Source of the DNA: Rhizodiscina lignyota
Lineage: Eukaryota
Assembly (NCBI GenBank): GCA_010015805.1
Contig: ML978128.1
Span: forward strand, 930,001 to 994,000
Direction of reading: 5' to 3'
Length of the DNA: 64,000 bases
Below are positions 12,987-25,219 of this stretch, piece after piece; position 1 is the stretch's first letter, and each line of letters opens with the position of its first letter. The position numbers and the translations under genes were made by a program. The notes under the pieces were generated by a model. The model saw only the letters and a program-made list of their open reading frames with translations, was not told the origin of the DNA and ran no database searches.

Positions 12987-14204
12987 AATTCACTGAACGT
13001 AGACTGAACTCAACGGAAGAGATGACAGAATGGGGAACAAAGCTTTCAAGGTGGAAGTGCTTTAACAATGCGCTTGCACGGAGTAGAGAACAGCAGTATC
13101 CTTCCATATATCGCTGCACAGACTCTTCTGGTGGTAGTTGCGAATGTGTGCTGTTGGCTCTTTAAATGCCGCAGTTGCAGCTGAGAGTGAATTCATTGAC
13201 GGGTAAGGGCATTGCGACTGTGGCACAGCATAAGACCTCACACTATGTGCGAAAGTTCTATGATTTACGATTTGCGAAGTCGTTCACTTCAACTTCCCGA
13301 GTGAACGAGCGTTACGCGTGGAGCTTGGCCGGCATACGCCGTTTCCCTTCTTCCATGAACCTCGTACTGTATGCAGAAGTTGGTCTATTTGCTCAATTAG
13401 CCTTCTTCAATCCCTATGGAATTATGCACGGAGGCAGGTATATTTTGTCGGTCCGCTTTCTTCGCGTTATCTCACACTGCATGTGGAGAATTTCCAAGTT
13501 CCCTGATCTCCCTTCTTCCACCAGTGTCGCACTGTGTGCGAAGGCCGCTGTATTTGCTTGGTTACCCTTCTTCGAGTGAGCTCTCACTGCTTGCGGAGGT
13601 TGACCGCTGGTGTGACCTCAGTCAATATCTCGAATTTTCCGGATCCGTCGATCGATCTCGGGATGAGAGCCACGACGTGAGACCAAGCGTAGCGCGCGAT
13701 ATCGGCGAAGAGCCGACCTGACAAGAACTCGAGACTTTGGCCATTGATGGTCCTACGGTCGTAGTCGAAAACTATGCAGATGCTCCCTTACGGAGACGTA
13801 AGGACGTGCGAGAGGTGTGGAATACATACACAATGGCAAAGGCCGGTAAGGCCTAGCGAACACCCTCCGACATACCATGAAACCGGCGAATTGCTTCGTT
13901 CACCTTCCTGTGTCGGACCTGTATCGGACGTTGAGGAACGTTAAGCAAGCCCAAAGGCCCTTCTTCTTCCGGCATCGCACTATGCGCAGACCTCGGGACT
14001 GTACTGTATGCGGAGGCATGCTGCATAGGTTAGAAGTCTCTCTTCTATCGATCTCACATTATGCGCGGACGCTGGTCTTCGACATCCGCTGTCGTCAGTT
14101 CATAGCTGAAGCAAGTGGCGTTGTGATACATTGGGAGTCATCTTTAACTATCTTCATTTGCAATTCCTCACTATATGTGCCTGGGTATTTAACATTTCAG
14201 TTGG

Positions 14205-15936
14205 CTACGTGAAGTCATACACAACCAGAGCTTGTCCACCATTGCTCTTTTCACGCAGCACAACCACATTCTCCTCATCAAAGCCGACCCATCCCCTCGT
14301 GATACTCAGCTCGTCAACCCTACTCGCCATAGCCAGACCGAGTCCAGAGCCACGTTGAGCGATGGCGTCAGACAGGACGTCCAAGTTCTGCTCCTGTAGC
14401 TCGGAAGATTTCTGCGAGGACTGTACTCTGACGCTCAACTGCCCCGCACTGAGCCGTTTTCTCATAGATAGAGAATTTAAACCACCCTCAAGTTCCCATA
14501 TTCGTAGCTCGTCGCCATGAGAGCTTACGGACACTGCTTTGCCCCTTCCACCTACGTAGGCACCAGACACGGACGAGGTGTGACCCCATAGGCGGCTACC
14601 TGGACTAATTGATAGAGAAGTCGATGTAGACGTGACCAGAAACAGTGTCAAGGTATTGTCCGGGTGAGACAGCAAGAGATATGGATGATTGTATGACAGT
14701 GACGTCGGCTGAGTGCGGCTTGTGTCTGCCTCAGGTCCGCTGTCCGACTGGCTACCGACAGATGGTGATCCAGGCCTTGTGGGTGAGAGAGATGCCGGCA
14801 ATGAAGAAGCCAGTGTTCTGCGGCTTTCATTCGAAGATGTTGCTAGTCGAGAGTCGATGAGCTCTCCTGAAAGAGACAGTTTTAGCTCCTGGACGCCTAC
14901 GGACCATCCTGAAAAGTAGGTCGGAAGAGCGTAAGCGATCGATGCTAAAATAGTCGTAGATGACGGCCGGACGGAAAGAGAAAGCGGCGGATGGACAGTA
15001 TGGGATTTGAGAGAGTATAATAACCGAGGCGGGCTACGTATCTCGGCGGTGCTGTCCTTCGAGGGCTGCTCAAAGACGTAAAGTGATAGGAGTTGGCCAG
15101 CGGTCATTGTTAGGAGATAAGGTGATGCGTATGCGACTGCAGTTAGCATGCCATTGGTGGAGGGTGCGTGACTGTAAGAGTGTCGAAAAGTGGGAGCATC
15201 GTTGGACCGATCCAGGTCATAGATACTGAAGTGGCCATCTTGGAAGCCTACAACCACTCGTTGATCCCCGTTTTCGCCTTGTGCATCCACTGTCAAAGAT
15301 GTTGGAGGTGAGCTGTTACGACAGTTGAGTGGTATGGCAGTGAGTAGCCGCCGCTCTTTCTTTGCTGACCAGGCACGGAGCCCGCCGATAGAATCCACAG
15401 TGAAAAGAACACCATCTTGGAGCCGAACCAGTAGTGGAGGTATCGGCGGCTGTTCCGCAACGTGTATCTCACTGATATCGCAGTTTCCTCTCGTCCAGTT
15501 GTGTCTCAGCTTGTATTGTTTCCTCCAGTTTGTTTCGCGACCTCTCTTGACGAGGCTGTCCTCATCCAGCCATTTCGACAGTTTCGAAGAAAAATATAGG
15601 TGACCGTTTGATTGTGCGTCCTTTACACCGGGTAGTCGCGCGGCTCGCGGGCGAACGAAGCGGTTGTAGTAATGCTCCTTCCAGATCTGGGAATCGCCAG
15701 CAATCGCAGAGAAGCGTCTTGAGACCCTATCATACTCAAGTTAGTATGTTGTGTGAGATGATTTCGATCAAAGATACAAACCTTTCGCAAGTACACAGAG
15801 TTGAGACCGATAAGTGTGAGAATATCCGGAGCCAGAGCTCATCGCTTAGATCACCGATGTGGTCTCTGTTCGACTGCCTTGGGCGTTTGCGCGGGGCAAC
15901 ATCCCCAAGATCCTCTAACTGCCTCTTCACCGCCAT
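14205..15936 (-). CDS. F-box protein with beta-propeller-like C-terminus
   Basis: LSDELWLRIFSHL...CER|VSRRF F-box across intron 15727-15781; C-terminal LWGHTSSVSGA..GRGKAVSVS, ending LVVYDFT. Confidence 0.85.
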
Positions 15937-16410
15937 CTTCAAGCGCTAGGAGACCGTGAAATAAGAAAGGAGAGGGTTCGAAGTTGGAGTTGTGGGTTGT
16001 CAATTTGCCGCCGGCTTTACTGTAGTTGAGATTCTTCACATAGCTCGGATGACAAAATAGCTGACCCCGGCGGAGGTGGAAAGGGTGCCGTAAGGACGAG
16101 TTTTGCTTTTCAGTTTAGGTTGGGACATCTCTGAAAACTCACGACGACATCATTTAGCTAGTGCTTATTCAGGTTCTATAACTTCCATAACATTTCTTTC
16201 TCTTACTCTTAATTAATCGTGTACTTCAGCCGCTTGATGTTGCGTAGGCATGGCTCGACTTTTTTGTTGTCCACGATCGTTATCTTATCTTATCGGTCGG
16301 CCGGATCTCGGGCGGCTCGCTGCCCCACATCACGTCGCCACGTCGCGTCACGTTGACGCGGGTTATTCTCGCGTCTGCCTGTACGTTGAGAGCGCGCAAC
16401 ACGCTCTAAG

Positions 16411-16416
16411 ACGCGT
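16411..16416. promoter_or_regulatory. MCB element (ACGCGT) with further CGCG cores upstream of SAE2
   Basis: Exact ACGCGT ~45 bp before the ATG; several CGCG cores at 16340-16400. Confidence 0.55.
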
Positions 16417-16456
16417 CTTTCGAAGAACAATGTACCATTCATAACGAGCGATCAAG

Positions 16457-19173
16457 ATGGTGACGGCAGCGGAATGGCTGGGTGAAAGAGAAGGATTTGT
16501 TGGACAAGATGTTGCACGCAATGAGAAGCTCCAAAGAGAACTGGAAGCAGAATTCGCAAGGCGTATGTTTCCAGTCCTATGCAAAACATGCCAAACGCAT
16601 CTAGTATCAGATAGATGATCTAACCATTTACAGGAGATCAAGAGAAGGAGGCTCTGTCGAGCGCAATATCCGATCTCATTATTCGCAATGCGAAGGCCGA
16701 TGCATTGCTCAGGGAAAACGGCAAACTCGAAGCAGACCTGGCAACAGCTCTCCAAGCCCAGAGAGACATAGCATCTCGATCCGAACCACCAGGAGGCAAG
16801 CAACAAGATGGTTCCAATGATGGGCCGACAGAGGGACCACCGATACCAAACAAGGAATACGCTGCTCTCGCAAAGAAATATAATACTCTCAGCCAGGAGT
16901 ACAAGACTCTCAAGCAGAACCATAATGCCCTCAAGCAGGACCACGATGTCCTTAAGCAGGACAATGAGGTTCTCAAGCTGAACGAGCAGAAATATGAGTT
17001 TTCAAACGAATATTTGCAGAAGAAGTGTCATCAGTTGCAGGACAAAGTGAAGAGATGGGAAGAGATCAAAGCTTATGAGGCTCGCAAACAGGCAAGGAGG
17101 ACATCGGGTACAGGAGAGAGCACAGGAAGGGACCATTCCACTGTAGTTGATGCCACCTCTGAGCAAAGGCCGATGATTGATGGTCAAAATGATCGCAGGC
17201 AGAGTCTGCAGGTTTCATCAAGACCTGCAACTCCATCAACAATGATCATGTTTTCACCTACTGTGGGTGCAGTGGGTTGGCCAAGACCACCAAGCATCGA
17301 TAGCGCTGTGCAGCTGGACCAATCTCGCCCTACGTCGAGCTACATGCATTTGGACAATATGCGGGATCACAGAAGCATATCGGAAATAGTCTCAGCTGAT
17401 GCTGAGCCGCCGGCTGTACGTGAAGCTACAGAAGCAGCACAGCACGAAGGCTCCGCTGCGGATTCTCACGATACCCCCATACAGGAACAATACCGCCCTG
17501 GGACTTCTGACTCTGCGGCCCAATCTAGCCAAGCAACGGAAGATGAACTGCCACAGCAGCAAGACACTGCTCCTGATGTTCGACTAGATGAAGATGACGA
17601 AGTACCCATATTTGTCTCCACAAGACCTGTCAGACACCCAAGGCATCAAAAATTTCAAGGGCCACCGACAGAGGAAGTGGTAACCGCAAATGTCGATGGA
17701 CGAAAGACTATCAAGGTTAAAGAGGAACAAGCCACGAGCAGTAGTCCCGTGAGGGAACTGTCTCAACGGAAGCGACTTGCACGCATGGATACAGTTGACC
17801 TTGATGAAGTTGGAGGGAATTTCATTACGCCTCGTAAACGGAGTCGTTATACAGCACTGACTCACAAGCCCGTTGCGTCGTTCCGGATGCCTCCGTCGCT
17901 CGACGAGAAACAAAATGCACGGGCAATTAGCGTTCCCGCTGACATCAAGAACGAGCCTGCCGAAGCGGAGCTCATATCTGATCTACATGAAAGTCATCCG
18001 CTCTCACTCATGAGGTCGAACTCTGATCCTCTCGTGCAACAAGCAGTCGACGAGAATGATTCCCCGCTGGATAACCCTGGTTTTGTAGAAAGAAGACGAA
18101 CACTGCCCTCTCGATCCTCACTTGACGAGTCACAAGTTTTCCACGAAGTCAGTCCAAATGAGCGAGTTCCTCCCCGAACAAGCTCTCCAGCCTCTCGATC
18201 AGGCTACCGCAAGAGCAGTGACAGCGTTGCCAAAAAGATTCGCATCTTAGCAGAAGACGGCGACCCCCATTTGAGAGGTAGACCTCCTTTTCGGAAGTCT
18301 AGCAGTAGGTCTCCGGCGCGAAAGCTGGAAGGCAACAAGCGGTTGCAATCGCTACTGGAGACCGAAACGCCTCAGAAGCGGACATTGAATGCCTTTCCTA
18401 CGCCTTCAACATCCCATGGATCGCTTGCACGTGGTAGGCCAACTTCAGCTCTTCGTCCAGCTGTAACAGTAACAGACGCTGCCGCATTGCATACTCGTCC
18501 TCCAGCAAATTCAAGAAATCAAACGGCAGTTACCACTTCCGTCGGCCGCATTGAGTCGCGGCAGAATGAGAAGCGACGTCAGCCTGACACCCCTTATCGC
18601 TCTCGACCATTAGAGCAGTTGAATCTTGGTCATTTCAAGGAAAATCCAAACTACATTGGCCATCATCTCGGAATGACTACGGCCCGAGATCGAGAGACAC
18701 GTCGTTGCCTGCCGGGATGCACTCGCGACTGCTGCAGTGGTGCATTCCGTGCCTTGGTTGAGTCTGGTATACGACCAGAGGTCTCAGCCGGACTCTTCGA
18801 TTCGACTCCTATTGGCTCTCAAGGAAATGAGAATGGTACAGGCTCTAACGTTCCAGAAGAGGACCATCGTCTTCTGCGCCAGCATCTGGGCGACTCTTAT
18901 GATCGTGAAGCTATCAAGCACATGCCACAAGCCGAGCGAGAAGAGCTGATCATCCAAGCTCGCATTCGCTTGCTTTCGGACAGGCATGGCCGGCATAAGA
19001 AGTTCTGGGAGCGCCCAAAGAGCCCGCCGCTCTATTGGCGAACAGATATGCCATCTACACAAGAGATGAAGGAGGCTCGTGAAAAAGAGGAGCTGGTGAG
19101 AAGATATCAAGTGAAGGAGCGGTGGGAGGATGCTCTGCGTGGCAATGGGCGATGGATTTTCGCAGATGAATAG
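16457..19173 (+). CDS. SAE2: DNA end-resection factor Sae2/Ctp1/CtIP
   Basis: N-terminal coiled coil, long disordered middle, C-terminal CLPGCTRDCC...HGRHK...PKSPPLYWRTDMPSTQE typical of the SAE2/CtIP C-terminal domain; one intron near 16563-16633. Confidence 0.87.
16885..16980 (+). repeat. Degenerate 21-bp coding tandem repeat (heptads)
   Basis: TLSQEYK-TLKQNHN-ALKQDHD-VLKQDNE-VLKL encoded by ~4.5 similar 21-nt units. Confidence 0.7.
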
Positions 19174-19799
19174 CTGGGATGTTCAGACGCGTCACCAATC
19201 TGGTGTGTTAGACATGAAACATTGCATGATAAATGGCTGTTGAAAGTTTTGCTACATGTCATAAGGGGCTTGTAAAGCCTGATGAAGTTTGCATATGCAT
19301 AGCGTTGGTATCATCGGTATCCTTATCTAGATGAACACTCGCAGGGACACGGTGCGAGTCTTTCATATTGAAGTCTTTGATATCGTCTCTATTTCGATGG
19401 GAATTCGCAATACCAGAGCTTCAGTAATGCCTTGCACTTGGGCCCGCTCTACGCAGTTCCGTCGTTTGGGATAACTCCTTGGATCGACGAAGCCATGTTG
19501 AAGCCCACCAACGGAGAACAGCTTGCACTTGGGCCCGCCAGCTCGCCGAATTGCTCCACAGTGCTTGCTTCTGAGCCTGCGGACCGTGAAAAGAAACGCG
19601 TGACGTGAGGGCGTCCTTGTTATTGCGGCTATAATGCAGAATGTTGTTGCCCCACGCCCTCCATGTCAATCAGACAGTTCTTCATTGCGACCGCAGTAGA
19701 GGCCGTAGCCTTTCTACCATGCGGAAATAGAAGGTAGGGCTTGGATATCTCATGAAGTTTCCGATATTCTTGCTTGTTGTGGCAGCCAATGCCGAGCAC

Positions 19800-20885
19800 T
19801 TAGAAGATCTCTTCCGTGACTTGCGTGCCGTACCAGTTTGCCAGTTCATCTCTTTGATTGCTTCCTTCACCTCGGCTGACAAGAAAATCGGTCATCTTCA
19901 TGGTATCTTCGTCGTCATCGACAGGCCAATCTGCCCCAGCAGGCGCTCCCTTGCCTTCGAGCATATCCTTTGCAGGACCCCAACTGAATCTAGTCTCCGT
20001 CCCCCAACCAAATATTGGGTCCATATTTGCTTTCAGCCAGTTAATGCTTCTCGCATCTGATGGATATCCAGAACCCCAGCCCTTATCTGCGCCCTTATCC
20101 TTCTCTTTCTCAACAGCATTACCATCGGCGGGCTGCTCTGCATATGCTTCCCAGCACACTTCTAAAGCCGCATCTCTTGTCACTTTCGCTACCACACTGG
20201 CCGCACTCACAACAGGATAGTCTCTGTCCGCTTTCTTCGCAACCGTGATTCTGACGCCTGGAAAGAATTTCTCTAGCTTCCTCTGATATGCTTCCGGCTG
20301 TCCCACCGTATCAATATAGACATGCTCAAGATCCACACCTCGCTCCATGACGCCCGATATCAGCTCTACCGTCGCATCTAGTGCCTGAGCGTTGAGGTTG
20401 TATGGCGTTGGAGCCAGCATATCCGCGCTGATATCGCGAGCACTGAGAAGCTTCGCTGCCCAGCCGCATGAGGCGTAAAGATCTGTCTCGGTCGTGCAAA
20501 GCGTGCGCATTAATGATGACCGCGTCTCTGGAGTCAGGACCTTGGAGTCGTTGAAGTGGTATTTCTCGGCGAGGAGGGACTCATGCAGTTCAGTGGGAAG
20601 ATAGAATGTTGCGTAGACCATTGGCCCAAGGACTGGACCACGACCAGCTTCGTCAATTCCAAGAACGCATTTTTGAGGCTCTGATGATTCTGCGGACGAA
20701 TTTTGCTGGAGAATAGTAGGCAACGGAGAAAAGTAGCTGTATGAGAGGCCCTTGAGGATCTGACCGCGAGATATGGATGGAGCGATGAAAATGTCAGAGG
20801 GAGATGGGGGAGTTTCGAGGTCGAGGTCAGGTTGCTGAGACTCTGAAGTCTCCAATTCCATGCTGGTGGGGTCTATGTCTGCCAT
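19800..20885 (-). CDS. RNH201: Ribonuclease H2 catalytic subunit A
   Basis: GIDEAGRGPVLGPMVY, DSK, YIDTVG, VSAASVVAKVTRD, GSGYPSD, RFSW motifs; intronless; likely start MADIDPT. Confidence 0.95.
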   Translation of the reverse strand: MADIDPTSMELETSESQQPDLDLETPPSPSDIFIAPSISRGQILKGLSYSYFSPLPTILQQNSSAESSEPQKCVLGIDEAGRGPVLGPMVYATFYLPTELHESLLAEKYHFNDSKVLTPETRSSLMRTLCTTETDLYASCGWAAKLLSARDISADMLAPTPYNLNAQALDATVELISGVMERGVDLEHVYIDTVGQPEAYQRKLEKFFPGVRITVAKKADRDYPVVSAASVVAKVTRDAALEVCWEAYAEQPADGNAVEKEKDKGADKGWGSGYPSDARSINWLKANMDPIFGWGTETRFSWGPAKDMLEGKGAPAGADWPVDDDEDTMKMTDFLVSRGEGSNQRDELANWYGTQVTEEIF

Positions 20886-20932
20886 TGACGGTGAATTCTG
20901 TTGTAGTTGGGAAATGTGATTCTCTCTGTAGA

Positions 20933-20958
20933 ACGCGTCGCGTCGGTTGGAGACGCGT
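20933..20958. promoter_or_regulatory. Two MCB elements upstream of RNase H2A
   Basis: ACGCGT at 20933-20938 and 20953-20958, 50-70 bp upstream of the ATG. Confidence 0.6.
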
Positions 20959-22075
20959 CTCAAATCACCTTGCCATTTTGGGGAAAGCGCCGTCTTTGAT
21001 TGCCCTCCAGCTCCCAACACCCTCTCCCACGCTGCTTTGGACTAACTTGTTCGATTATGTTGGGAGCCAGCTTGTGGCCCTCCGACACATTGCTTAAGAA
21101 ACACCTCGGTTTAGGTAAGAAACTCAATGCCTACGATTCTCGTTGCGTTCGAGAACTAATGCGTCTGTCACAAGTTCAACAAGATGTCGCTCAGCAAGGC
21201 CCAAGTGCATCCCATTCGCTATGGCTCCAAGCACATGAAGTCAAACCAGACTGCTGCCTGAGCATCGGTTGTATAGTCTCTGGAGTGATCGCCTTTGGCC
21301 GACCCTGCTCTTCGATAATTGTATCTCGACAGCGGTTGACTCCGGTCATGTACCAGTGCAACATGTCTCCACCAGGAATATCTTTCAGCTTGGACATATA
21401 GCGACCGCTGCCTTCTAATACCATGTCATCCTGAGTGAATTCCGGCGGGCACACTTTTGATATGGGCCTACTCTTTCTGTCAATGGCTTTCTACTGTCTG
21501 GTGGATCACGACCTCGAGGCTTGGACAGCAATCCACCAGCTTTTCCAGTATCGCGAGCACACAGGGCTGTTCTACCCTACTAACGTTTCACCAACTTAGT
21601 GGGAAGCCTCAGACGCTCTATACAGACCTTCATGCAATTCCATCAGGCCATGTATAAGAGGCTATTCTCTCAAGTCAAGCGAACATAGACCTAGGGCTGT
21701 AACCTGCGATTGTCGAGCCAAGGTTGAAGATAGCCGGAACTTCCCAATGCATCTACTGTGCATACGAAAGGTCACAGACACAATAGAAGTGCCGATATAC
21801 GCACACTGTACGGCGTATCTCCTTATGACAGAAGCGTGTTCGAACCAGTTGCGACTGGTCGACAAAGAATGTATTCGTCGAACACAGGACATACGTGTGC
21901 GTGAAACGATTTGTATTTAAAATACTCTTTGACTAAGGTAAGTGGCACTACCAAAAAGCAGTTTGTGTTTCTACACCTCATTCTACAATCAGCTCACACT
22001 CTCCGCCTGCTCTCGAGTAGCTTACCCCCAGACAGTCTTAGGCAAGACGGCGTCTTCCACTACTACGGCGCCCGA

Positions 22076-23442
22076 TTACTCGGCAGCATCTGTCATTACA
22101 GTATCTGAATCTGCCTCGTCCTCTTCACTATCCTCATGCTCTTCACTATCCTCGTCATCTCCACTATCCTCGTCCTCTCCACTATCCTCGTCCTCTCCGC
22201 TATCCTCATCCTCATCCACCTCCTCTTCATACTCTGCTAGCAACAGACTTGCTCTTTCTGCAGTTGCAAACCATCCAACATCCTGGAGCTGTTTTGAAAT
22301 TGCTTTCTGCTGCTGCTCTTCCTCCATTTGACAGCCCTGAGCCCTTTGGAAGCTCCGCCTTAAATTTTGGAAGTGCATCTGCATAAGGTGCAAACCATTC
22401 CAGAGTTCAGGCTCGTCTCGGGCGAAATATTGGTCCTGCGCAATCAACTTAAACATGTGGTGTATTTGAATGAGAGCAGGATCCACCCAACGTTCCAAAC
22501 ATCTGGTCGGATAACGCACGCCGTCCAGAAAAGCGAGACACTCAAACATCTCGGCATCTTCAAGGATTATTGCCTTTAGAAGTTCCTCATCTTCTAGCTC
22601 CTCCTTTGTTTTTTGAACGACAGGAGGCGGCAACGGCCGGAGGCCCTTCGCCCTTCGGTCCTCGTCTCGCGTAGGGCGCCGTATGCGATGAATGGTTTGA
22701 CGCCCGTAATCTGGCAGCTCACGTTTCGGATAGTGCCGCCGGGAGAACCGTTTAACTTTATGGTTATTCCAGAGCCAGCAGCGGCGGCAGTTCTGTGCAC
22801 ATGAGGGGATCTCCACGTCCGGGGTGTCTGCCCCCTTTTCTCTGTATTCCAGCCGACTGAATGGTAGCATCGCTCGCTCCAGGTATTTGTGCATGTGGCT
22901 CTTCGATTCACATCCGTCATTGCACCACCAGCAGCGGTGTTCTATATCGTTTGGATCCTGCTCAAACAAAATCTGGACGGTCTTTGGCAATCTACGAGTG
23001 GCATTGAGCATTTTGACTGTTTGCATGCAGTGGTGAACGGTATCTGCGATCGCCACCTCTGGTGCCGGATAGTCATACGACATGAAGTCATCATCGTCTT
23101 GAGGAGGGAGGACTGTGATGATGAGCTTCTTGAACTTGCGGTCTTGAGACAAGTCGTGTCCCATCCACCAGGTGATGTTAAAATTTGCCATTATAGCTTG
23201 ATCAGTGATTTTGATGCGCAGGACTCCATCACAGCTGGTGCAGTTTCCTTTAATATAGCTATGCTTCACGGTCTGGTTCAAGTACCTGCTACTAAGGGCA
23301 ATGTCTTGAAGAGGGCTTTTGGAACATTCAATGCTGACAATCTCGTTCATACCCACCTTGATTTCCACTCATATGGATAGCCATCGGTGTACTCGTATGC
23401 AATGATTGTGGTAAGCTCAAGTGGTAAATTGCTGATGTCCAT
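22076..23442 (-). CDS. Orphan protein with F-box-like start and acidic repetitive tail; apparent 1-nt frameshift near 23370
   Basis: 430-codon open frame; upstream ATG 23442 reads MDISNLPLELTTIIAYEY but is out of frame with it; CWWC and CQNCRRC-like Cys clusters; (DEDSGE)n tail. Confidence 0.6.
22118..22215 (-). repeat. 18-bp coding minisatellite, ~5 copies (EDEDSG)
   Basis: Repeated ctatcctcgtcctctcca-like units on the + strand. Confidence 0.85.
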
Positions 23443-23947
23443 CTTTGGATTGTTTGCTTCCGTGGAGCTGGCAGTGTCGGCTACAGTCTACGTCGATTCT
23501 GATTGACGGAGGTTGCCTGAAGAGATTGTAGTAAATGTTGCTTGTGAGGGGACTTTGATCTTCAGTTTGGAGTTTCGCAAGTACCATGGGGCGAGCAGCT
23601 CCTCTTATACCTTTTTTCCATCACTCCTCCGCATTTTCAACGGTCAAGTGCATCGATCACCACCACAAGAGACACGCGCATATCGCAAAAGGCTCACAAG
23701 ACGGGCCAATCCACGCTTGCATAATAATACAAACTACGCTAAGAGAATATATCAGGACGTTGAGCGCCGACAGTGATGAACAGAGCCATTTTGGCCCCTG
23801 GGAACAACTTTGGCACCAATCATTTTTTGCGCCCTCTTCCTGAAAGAAGAATCAAGCAAATTCCAATCCATCGTCATCCAAATCATCGTACTGCGGGTCC
23901 TCAAACCAAAATAAACCAAAAGATGCTCATAAATGTTCAAGTAGATA

Positions 23948-24555
23948 TCATGCGCCTTGTCTGGCCTTTTCCGCACATATCAGAGCGATTATCCTCGAGA
24001 GCTCGGATGTCTGAGCAAATTGTTCCTTTTTCACCTCTTCCTCAACATCTTCAGCTGCTCCAAGCTCGGCGCTGACCCTCAGCATCCGCGATTGAAGATC
24101 AAGCATCTTCTTGAGCGTGTTGTCGAGGAAGGCGGGCGAGAACGAAACGGAGTCGGGGCCGGAGTTTTGAAGTCTAATTTCGAGCTTTCGCGGCTTCTTC
24201 TTCTCCGAAACGGTGGGTTCATGTGCGGGTGCAGTCTTTGGTCTAATTTTAAGCTTCATTAGTAATTGGAAGTCAATTTTTGCGCTCTTCATACTCACCG
24301 CTCAACGAAGGTGATGCTCTCTGCCATCTCTGCTACTCGGTTTGCGATCCTTGAAGCCATAATTTCGTACGGTGACAGATGTACCCCATTGGCGGCAGCC
24401 TGCGCTGCACCCGAAGCCGACTTTACGGCGCCGTTGACAGAGCCCCTCTTGATATGTGCTCCTGCTTTTCCCACGGGCGCGCTCCTCGTCGACTGGGCCC
24501 CATTGACTTTTCCAATAGGCGCTCTTCGCTGGACGGCTGTCACTGACGCTGCCAT
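23948..24555 (-). CDS. Hypothetical protein (~185 aa, 2 exons)
   Basis: ORFs 24295..24555 and 23948..24298 join via a GTGAGT..CTAAT..TAG intron (~24298-24244): ...ITFVER|PKTAPAHEP... Confidence 0.65.
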
Positions 24556-25219
24556 TGTTTATTTCGAAGGTCAGGTGGGGGCTGTCGAGAATGAGGAAGT
24601 GATTGGGCGGCGGACGTGTAAGATTCGGACTGGTGGGTGAGTGCACGCGACGATCTTGTTTGGAAACTCGACTCGCGGGTGACGTTGCTTTTGCGGGAGA
24701 GGGATAGGTTATATATGCGCAGCTTCGTGGTTATGCTAGATGGATGTGATTGGGAATGGGAGAAGACACAATACGGTCGAGGAGATCATGCGAGCTCCGC
24801 TCAAGTGGAGAGAAATCAGTACCCCTATGAGAGCGCCTGCGTGTGCAGAGTGATGTCATGAGAAGGCTTGCATGGGTCTCGAATTCGCCCTTTTCAGGCT
24901 TTTGTTCTGCCCCTGGTCCTTGCATTGCTGTTATCATTGGGCGCAAACGCCACACGTCCCAGCCTCCCCATCGCGGCCATCGAGATCGAGAAACCGACGT
25001 CACCGAAACATTCCCATCCCAACTTTTCCCGTGCATTGTTTGATATTGGACCTCCTCCTGTACACCACAACGACCGCCGGGTTTGAGTTACAGCTGGACT
25101 GTTATGATAGTATTTTCGAAGCGATTTTGAGTGACATCGACATGATTCATACGCCGATTGTGTAATGAGAAACTGAGAAAAGGAGGCAAGCGAGCAATAC
25201 CACGGGATCAAGCATCAAA

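Noticed and set aside
13416..13900. Protein-like frame interrupted by TGA/TAG
   Set aside because: No recognisable homology; too weak to call a pseudogene.
19431..19538. 17-bp direct repeat CTTGCACTTGGGCCCGC (two copies)
   Set aside because: Only two copies in a 3' intergenic region; no terminal repeats or array structure.
21191..21454. 87-aa minus-strand ORF upstream of RNase H2A
   Set aside because: In-frame stop just upstream, no convincing start or splice model, no motif.
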